Shown: one piece after another, positions 19,201 to 23,542 of the stretch
Layout of the letters: each line of letters starts with the position of its first letter
Numbering within the stretch: the stretch's first letter is position 1
Notes under the pieces: generated by a model
The model's input: only the letters and a program-made list of their open reading frames with translations
Databases searched by the model: none
Told to the model about the DNA's origin: nothing
Source of the DNA: Fibrobacterales bacterium
GTDB taxonomy: Bacteria; Fibrobacterota; Fibrobacteria; Fibrobacterales; JAOPTW01
Assembly: GCA_051532035.1 (NCBI GenBank)
Contig: JAOPTW010000043.1
Location: 1-23,542, forward strand
Direction: 5' to 3'
Length of the DNA: 23,542 nucleotides
Program-made: the position numbers and the translations under genes

Positions 19201-19439
19201 AGAACCTTACGTATGTAGTTGTCAGATTTTGCCCATAAGTCATAATTATAATTGGTGCCTACCGGTTTGTGACTCCAGCGGACTGCATTAACAAAGAGGT
19301 CGCGTTGATCAACCTGAATTTTAAATCCTAAACTGTCTTGGTGTACAGTAACAGTGTTTGCTCGAGCAAAAACTGCTTGTGATAACAATAGGGTGATTGT
19401 AATACACATAATGGCTGTGCGAGCTATGTGTGAATTCAT
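16257..19439 (-). CDS. Secreted protein: clan GH-A (GH2 TIM-barrel-like) N-terminal domain, apparently non-catalytic, plus a probable outer-membrane beta-barrel C-terminal region
   Basis: Start reassigned to ATG 19439 (AAGGA upstream); signal peptide ending AVFA; TIM-barrel landmarks (DMRLLQESGATAI, YKDTQGFLSYAIG, DTHHPV, IDIYGVN, KPFL, PRPAFY). The C-terminal ~600 aa contain many alternating Tyr/Gly/aromatic strands and end in ELGIRTFITINI. Confidence 0.7.
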   Translation of the reverse strand: MNSHIARTAIMCITITLLLSQAVFARANTVTVHQDSLGFKIQVDQRDLFVNAVRWSHKPVGTNYNYDLWAKSDNYIRKVLTHDMRLLQESGATAIVTSPGIPTKWVTYVYKKFKIMTIVHWEMGRWGMTYNSTWNANPDFESPLVQSLLTTEITKIIQDYKDTQGFLSYAIGSSHNWGWGWSNPRINKLSQDDAQAAKAEVIYGLFGTFTNLIKQSDTHHPVTLVNGDIAFTDYIERLCPTIDIYGVNSTRGPISGGIFEQFKNEVPTKPFLYFTLGGNGAWDEKIKAENPIKQAKIVKSQLHELYNETYGKKSGVVVGAVMGWQDDWSMDPNMWQQWELDIHNNHMMEWQGLVAIAPSDDQDPRPLIPRPAFYVMKEAWTRLDPYAESTTETAVDQLFNNMREEMYIALYDVKRVEYELKKTSRVQMDHLEISLASYGYTNNHLIDSVTNLANQAITSALYFDTEESVTFGATGYASEKLSASAQLRYTGNVSALKLDQFDYNSLNKPLVLEMVDTLQQDDPDDPNKNLIIEDAEIRSQTLRLYRASFKYTGDNVDIDGYYRQGHTHWGHYGDFFNLYTEAYDYPTFDKWDMTVPYGLEITGKQFFKGMHVAVGPKAVDGANPSLFALYQKEILGMKVTPMIKFDFGQMQESGRGANAFRTSQYTLSLEKQIAQVTLKAGLIYSAPEKLGVKYETQKLVTQIIGEGFQAETDTVLPVDSSAVSIQDGIGAKIEALGDYGRVKFLALAQYMGPVAYSGWDREHTITDWTMKDKGGTNKFLSTIGFSYDIGALRIAPNLMYQTPIVEAYGRSEYETVWDNRPINTDKSLADSLRFKASPVMALSRKTIGGELVLTYDPTPNTKMWFFDSKNEEDALIAANLHLTYKQQSGKTDRFSYVNKRGYTVSFEKGQEPFDTYSAKLRTIYNPLSVLKIITTAYLDHKQSKNGVLDIAINGYGGSIDVAYNHWRVNGEAKINDWGAYDYMSEWNMIYPLQTKLGVKYGFSRITLFDFLKSSYIGTELSYRTIQYPIDENLNASETIYRWHKILNYELGIRTFITINI

Positions 19440-19551
19440 ACAGGTATCCTTTGGGTGCGTGGGTCTAACTCTCATTAATTGTGATTAATCTATGTAAATT
19501 TGAGTTATATGCTCTCTTTATGTCGGCGGGTATTAAGCTAATTCTTAATTG

Positions 19552-19570
19552 CTGTTCACAAACTGTTTCA
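19552..19570 (-). promoter_or_regulatory. 19-bp shared upstream motif, copy 2
   Basis: CTGTTCACAAACTGTTTCA (+ strand), 17/19 identical to 15343-15361; about 112 nt upstream of the 19439 start. Confidence 0.5.
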
Positions 19571-19949
19571 ATGTGTTCCATTGAAGCTTAAAAGTACAGA
19601 TTCTCTTTTAAAGCCTCATATATGAAGATAAGTTACCTTTATGTAAAAAAGACATATAAAGAGTAAATTATGCCACATTTTTTAGTGTTTACAGTAATTA
19701 TACCGTTTTTTATGAACAGTAGAGGGGGTGAACTTGGTGAATGTGAAAATTAAAGCAAAAGTTGAGACTAATAATGAAGTACCTTGGTGTGATGTCTTGA
19801 TGTGGTGATCGAATAAATGGGTTAATTTGAGTAAAAAAGGCAAAAAAGCCATTAAAATCTAAATAGTCTCAAAGGAATATTCGATATATAAAACGGTGAT
19901 GTGCGTAAAGTGCGCACATAAGTGATTGGAACTTAACAGTGAGAATAGA

Positions 19950-22900
19950 GTGGAGATCAAAAACGCCTTTATATCGTTTTTGAAAGAGAGAGCTGTCGGT
20001 TTTGGCATCTTTCTTTTTGCTGTGTTATTCTATCTGTTGTGGGGTGTCTATTGGTCGGATTATAATAGGTACCACGATTTTGTAGAAAAACATCGTTCCA
20101 CCGATTATAAGTGGGTCGCTAATGATAGCTTAAAAACAATGGAGCTAATCTATGTAGGCGATTCGACTGATTATCCAGTTGATCTTATTGAATATGATGC
20201 ATTGGCGTTTGGATCTCGGATTTCCGAGTTTGCTACCGCTCCATTGGTTGCAGTAACACAATTGTTTAGTGATACAACGTCAATAGAATCGCAAATTGAG
20301 AGTAGTGTCGGATTCTTCCTTTCGACTGAGGAGTTACTCGTGGTGCTATCGAGTGCCGCGCAAAAATACTCAGCCCAAAGTATGGGCTCTGAGCCTCTGA
20401 GTAGTAGTTTATTTATTACCTCCCAAAGCCAAGAACCGATTGAATTATCCCTTGGCTCACCAATCGAAATTCCAGCATGGGATCAATTTGAGTTTATTGG
20501 TAGCGAGGTGTTGATTAAAGAAGAAGTTGCGGCAGGGGGTGGAACGGAATCTATTGGGGAAGTTAAAGGAATGTCTTCGGAGGGGACTTCATCTCTAGAT
20601 TACTCAGCATCACTGATGTTGAGCGAATCGATAGCTACAAGTAGTAGTGAGGGCGTTGATTCACTGCTTCTTCATAAAGCGCAATTGTATGCCTTAACCT
20701 TGAGGCAAGAAATTTATGAACGATTAGAACGTGACTCTCTTGCCCGAGTGTTGAGTAGCAGTGATATTGAAGCACTATCTTTGAAGGGGATGCTGTTATC
20801 TTATCAAACGACCTCCTCGTCAATACACACAATCTCATCAACTGAAAAGAGCGTGAGCGCAGCCAGTAACGTTTCAAAGGAGAAAAGCGTATTCTCTTCT
20901 GTTGCTCAGGTGACAGACAGAACTCGGGTTGCCGAAGTTGTACCACTATGGCGTTTTGAGGTAGATACAGCGCAGCGGCTTAATAGAGATACACTTTACT
21001 ACGCCGAAAAATTGTCCTCAAGTATGGGGGTATCGAGTCATCAGTCCTTTTCTTCAAGTCGTAAGATCTCTTCTTCAATGGGTTCATCTGAGATTAGTAG
21101 TGAAGTGAGTAGTAGTGTTGCAGTGATGAGTTCTGTAGGGGTCGTTTACTTTCAGGAATCTAAAGAGTCAAATGACGTAGTAACCCTTCCTAGTTTTTCT
21201 CAAAAACCTAAGCTCTTATATTATACACCACTTGCTCGTGAATGGATTATTGAATTCGCTGAGTGGTTACGTCATTATTTTTACAGGATAGCTATACCTG
21301 AGGAGACTATGGCAGTCGATGATCGCTCCTCTTCCATGGCGCTGGCGGTGATCCATGTATCTTTGGAGAGCAGTGTGTCACATTCTGAAATGGTATCGTT
21401 GAGCAGCGAGATGATACAAGAGTCAGAATCTTCGAGTAGTGCATTGAAGAATAGTATTAGTAGTAGCCTGATTAGTGTAGCGGTTCAGTCAATTTCGAGC
21501 TCCACTGAGCATTTTACTCAAATTATTGAAGTGGTACTTTCGTCATTTGTTCAAGAGAGTAGAGACTCATTTGTCGCAGTTGATACGACTCGGTGGTGGA
21601 ATAGTGCTATACATAAAGCTCGTGGTATGGCTCATGAGTTGCAATCAATATTTACTTTTGGCAAAAATGAAATCTCTGACTCATCAGGGCCTCATGAGTC
21701 AAATGAGATCAATGAATCTAAGAACGGTACAAAAGAAAAAAGTAGAAATACATTAGTTCGAGCGCTCTATGATCATGTAATAGTGTCAAGTTCCGAAGGG
21801 GGACCTTCATTCCAAGATTCTGTTGATCGGGCTGCTGTTGCAAATGAGCAATTACAGAAGCGGAAACGTTCTCGTCTCAGGCAATTGGTCGTGCGGAGTC
21901 GAGAAGAGATGGAGCAGAAACGGTTGAATGCTGTTACTGATTCTCTCTATAGAGATTCACTCATTCAAGATTCAGTTTCGGCAGTTACCTTGCTGCAGGC
22001 ACAACAAGAGGCGAAAGTTTATGGTGCACATTTAGATTCAATCGCTCGGCAACACGACTCTCTAGAGTTGTACCTTTCGCACGAGTTGGCTCGAATGGAT
22101 TCTGTTACCAGAATTATTCAGGATTCACAAAGTACAGAGAGAGGTAAGGTCGGTCCTCGAGAAGGGTCATCAGAATTCTTTGCAGATTTTGTTCTAGGCG
22201 TTAAAACAATAATTACTTCTCTTAAATCAACGGCGGTAAAAAGTCTAGAAGAGTCTATTGATAGTGTTGTAGTGGCCGGCGAAGATGAAAAAGAAGTAGA
22301 TGTAGACTCAGTAATGGTTGTTGAATGGCATGATGCCGAAAAATCTCTAGATGAGGAAATTGTTGTATTGGCAGTAGAAGAGGTGAGTTCATGTCAGAAT
22401 TGGCTCTCGAGCAGTGTGGAGATAGCAGTTGAGGTAGAGGCTCGGGTGTCTGTAATTGACAGTACATTAGCATTAATTGTACAGCAGATGAGAAATGGGG
22501 CGCTGAAGCCACGAAAAAAACCTTTCGTAGAGCAACTAGAGTTTGATGGGGGGACAGCACAAAGAAGTAGTCAGGGGCGTGGTGGTGTCGTTACGCTGTC
22601 GAGTAGTGATGTGTTGGTAATAGAGGGGCGGGTTGAGGATGTTCGGGAGCAAAATAGGGTGGAGTACTTTGTGGTAGGCCAAGAAACTCAATTAACCAAT
22701 GAGTTACTGAAAAGCAGTGTGAGTGAAAACGTCTCTGAAGAGAGCGTCGAAATAGAGTGGGCTGAATCAATTATTGATGAGGAGGCAGTAGCTATGGATG
22801 GTGATGAGGCTGTCGATAGAGTTGAAGCGGATATCCCCATTGAAATCGTAATGACTGATGTAGAAAATGTTTTAGTAACAGTGAAAAGTGCTGATAGAGA

Positions 22901-23542
22901 GAGTGTCGATATGGATAATGAGGATTTTTCTATTGAGGTGGTGTCAGTACAGCCAACACTAGAGGAGCTTCAGACCCTCGAACGTGAGCATAAAGCTGCT
23001 CGTTTGCTGCGTTATGTAAAAGGTTCAATAGCCGATTCCATTTCTCATTGGCTTCGTATTGATACCCGTGAGCAGTTAAGGCTTGATTCTCTGCAGTGGG
23101 TAGCAGATTCTGTTACAGCTTTCGATGATTCAGTCGCGTGGTATCACGATTCGTTACAGGCTCATGCTTTAGCTGAGAAACAACGTATAGCACAAGAGAA
23201 AATGACGCGGCGCGCCCATGAAGAGGCTGATGAGCGTGCTCGACAAAAGGAGCTTGAAGAGCGTGAGGCTCAAAAACGAGCGGTAGCTCTCAAAGAATCA
23301 GAGGATCGTCGTACTCGTGAAGAGGCGCGTGCCTTGGCTTTAGCTGAGAAACAACGTCTTGAACAAGAGCAGGCAACGCGGCGCGCCCATGAAGAGGCTG
23401 ATGAGCGTGCTCGACAAAAGGAGCTTGAAGAGCGTGAGGCTCAAAAGCGAGCGTTAGCTCTCAAAGAATTAGAGGATCGTCGTGTTCTTGAGGAGGCTCG
23501 TGTCTTGGCTTTGGCTGAGAAACAACGTATTGAGCATGAGCA
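19950..23542 (+). CDS. Large N-terminally membrane-anchored, Ser/Glu-rich protein with charged helical repeats (3' truncated, >1190 aa); absent from the ORF track
   Basis: I translated this frame by hand from GTG 19950 (alternative TTG 19926; upstream in-frame TGA at 19923) to the window end and found no stop. It begins MEIKNAFISFLKERAVGFGIFLFAVLFYLLWGVYW, a single hydrophobic helix. Confidence 0.85.
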   Translation, partial: MEIKNAFISFLKERAVGFGIFLFAVLFYLLWGVYWSDYNRYHDFVEKHRSTDYKWVANDSLKTMELIYVGDSTDYPVDLIEYDALAFGSRISEFATAPLVAVTQLFSDTTSIESQIESSVGFFLSTEELLVVLSSAAQKYSAQSMGSEPLSSSLFITSQSQEPIELSLGSPIEIPAWDQFEFIGSEVLIKEEVAAGGGTESIGEVKGMSSEGTSSLDYSASLMLSESIATSSSEGVDSLLLHKAQLYALTLRQEIYERLERDSLARVLSSSDIEALSLKGMLLSYQTTSSSIHTISSTEKSVSAASNVSKEKSVFSSVAQVTDRTRVAEVVPLWRFEVDTAQRLNRDTLYYAEKLSSSMGVSSHQSFSSSRKISSSMGSSEISSEVSSSVAVMSSVGVVYFQESKESNDVVTLPSFSQKPKLLYYTPLAREWIIEFAEWLRHYFYRIAIPEETMAVDDRSSSMALAVIHVSLESSVSHSEMVSLSSEMIQESESSSSALKNSISSSLISVAVQSISSSTEHFTQIIEVVLSSFVQESRDSFVAVDTTRWWNSAIHKARGMAHELQSIFTFGKNEISDSSGPHESNEINESKNGTKEKSRNTLVRALYDHVIVSSSEGGPSFQDSVDRAAVANEQLQKRKRSRLRQLVVRSREEMEQKRLNAVTDSLYRDSLIQDSVSAVTLLQAQQEAKVYGAHLDSIARQHDSLELYLSHELARMDSVTRIIQDSQSTERGKVGPREGSSEFFADFVLGVKTIITSLKSTAVKSLEESIDSVVVAGEDEKEVDVDSVMVVEWHDAEKSLDEEIVVLAVEEVSSCQNWLSSSVEIAVEVEARVSVIDSTLALIVQQMRNGALKPRKKPFVEQLEFDGGTAQRSSQGRGGVVTLSSSDVLVIEGRVEDVREQNRVEYFVVGQETQLTNELLKSSVSENVSEESVEIEWAESIIDEEAVAMDGDEAVDRVEADIPIEIVMTDVENVLVTVKSADRESVDMDNEDFSIEVVSVQPTLEELQTLEREHKAARLLRYVKGSIADSISHWLRIDTREQLRLDSLQWVADSVTAFDDSVAWYHDSLQAHALAEKQRIAQEKMTRRAHEEADERARQKELEEREAQKRAVALKESEDRRTREEARALALAEKQRLEQEQATRRAHEEADERARQKELEEREAQKRALALKELEDRRVLEEARVLALAEKQRIEHE
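23166..23542 (+). repeat. 171-bp (57-aa) in-frame tandem repeat, at least 2.2 copies, running off the window
   Basis: Units start at 23166, 23337 and 23508. Unit 1: ALAEKQRIAQEKMTRRAHEEADERARQKELEEREAQKRAVALKESEDRRTREEARAL. The central part is nearly identical at DNA level between units 1 and 2. Confidence 0.95.

Noticed and set aside
488..19202. Many short antisense or alternate-frame ORFs (60-146 aa)
   Set aside because: They overlap well-supported genes and show no recognisable motifs; treated as shadow ORFs.
19440..19475. ORF-track start at 19475
   Set aside because: ATG 19439 has an AAGGA RBS and begins the signal peptide directly.
19899..19919. 9-bp hairpin ATGTGCGTA-aag-TGCGCACAT upstream of the giant ORF
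   Set aside because: Single occurrence, no U-tail and no recognisable RNA family; function cannot be supported.
20635..22560. Three short ORFs in the last block
   Set aside because: All lie inside the long open frame starting at 19950.
23166..23542. Repeat considered as a CRISPR array or mobile element
   Set aside because: Units are 171 bp, contiguous and in frame, with no spacers, cas genes or transposase.

Overview
AT-rich bacterial chromosomal window with four blocks. (1) The 3' end of flagellar export ATPase fliI, then fliJ, then a 1635-aa secreted protein with a T9SS/FlgD-Ig-like C-terminal domain. (2) A rex-led operon encoding a trimeric, probably electron-bifurcating group A3 [FeFe]-hydrogenase (hydC-hydB-hydA), followed by a sensory [FeFe]-hydrogenase/histidine kinase fusion, a stand-alone receiver and a receiver-kinase hybrid. 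Six Rex-box-like 16-mers lie upstream. (3) A minus-strand beta-glucan cluster: a GH-A-type TIM barrel lacking both catalytic glutamates fused to a probable outer-membrane beta-barrel, a GH16 lipoprotein and a CBM-like lipoprotein; two of these genes share a 19-bp upstream motif. (4) A >1190-codon membrane-anchored ORF missing from the ORF track, which runs off the window end in a 171-bp tandem repeat. The two large exported proteins are rich in D-[S/T]-hydrophobic sequons. The host is inferred (not shown) to be a flagellated anaerobic FCB-group bacterium, possibly Fibrobacterota. No RNA genes, CRISPR arrays or mobile elements were seen. All calls are by eye; no searches were run.
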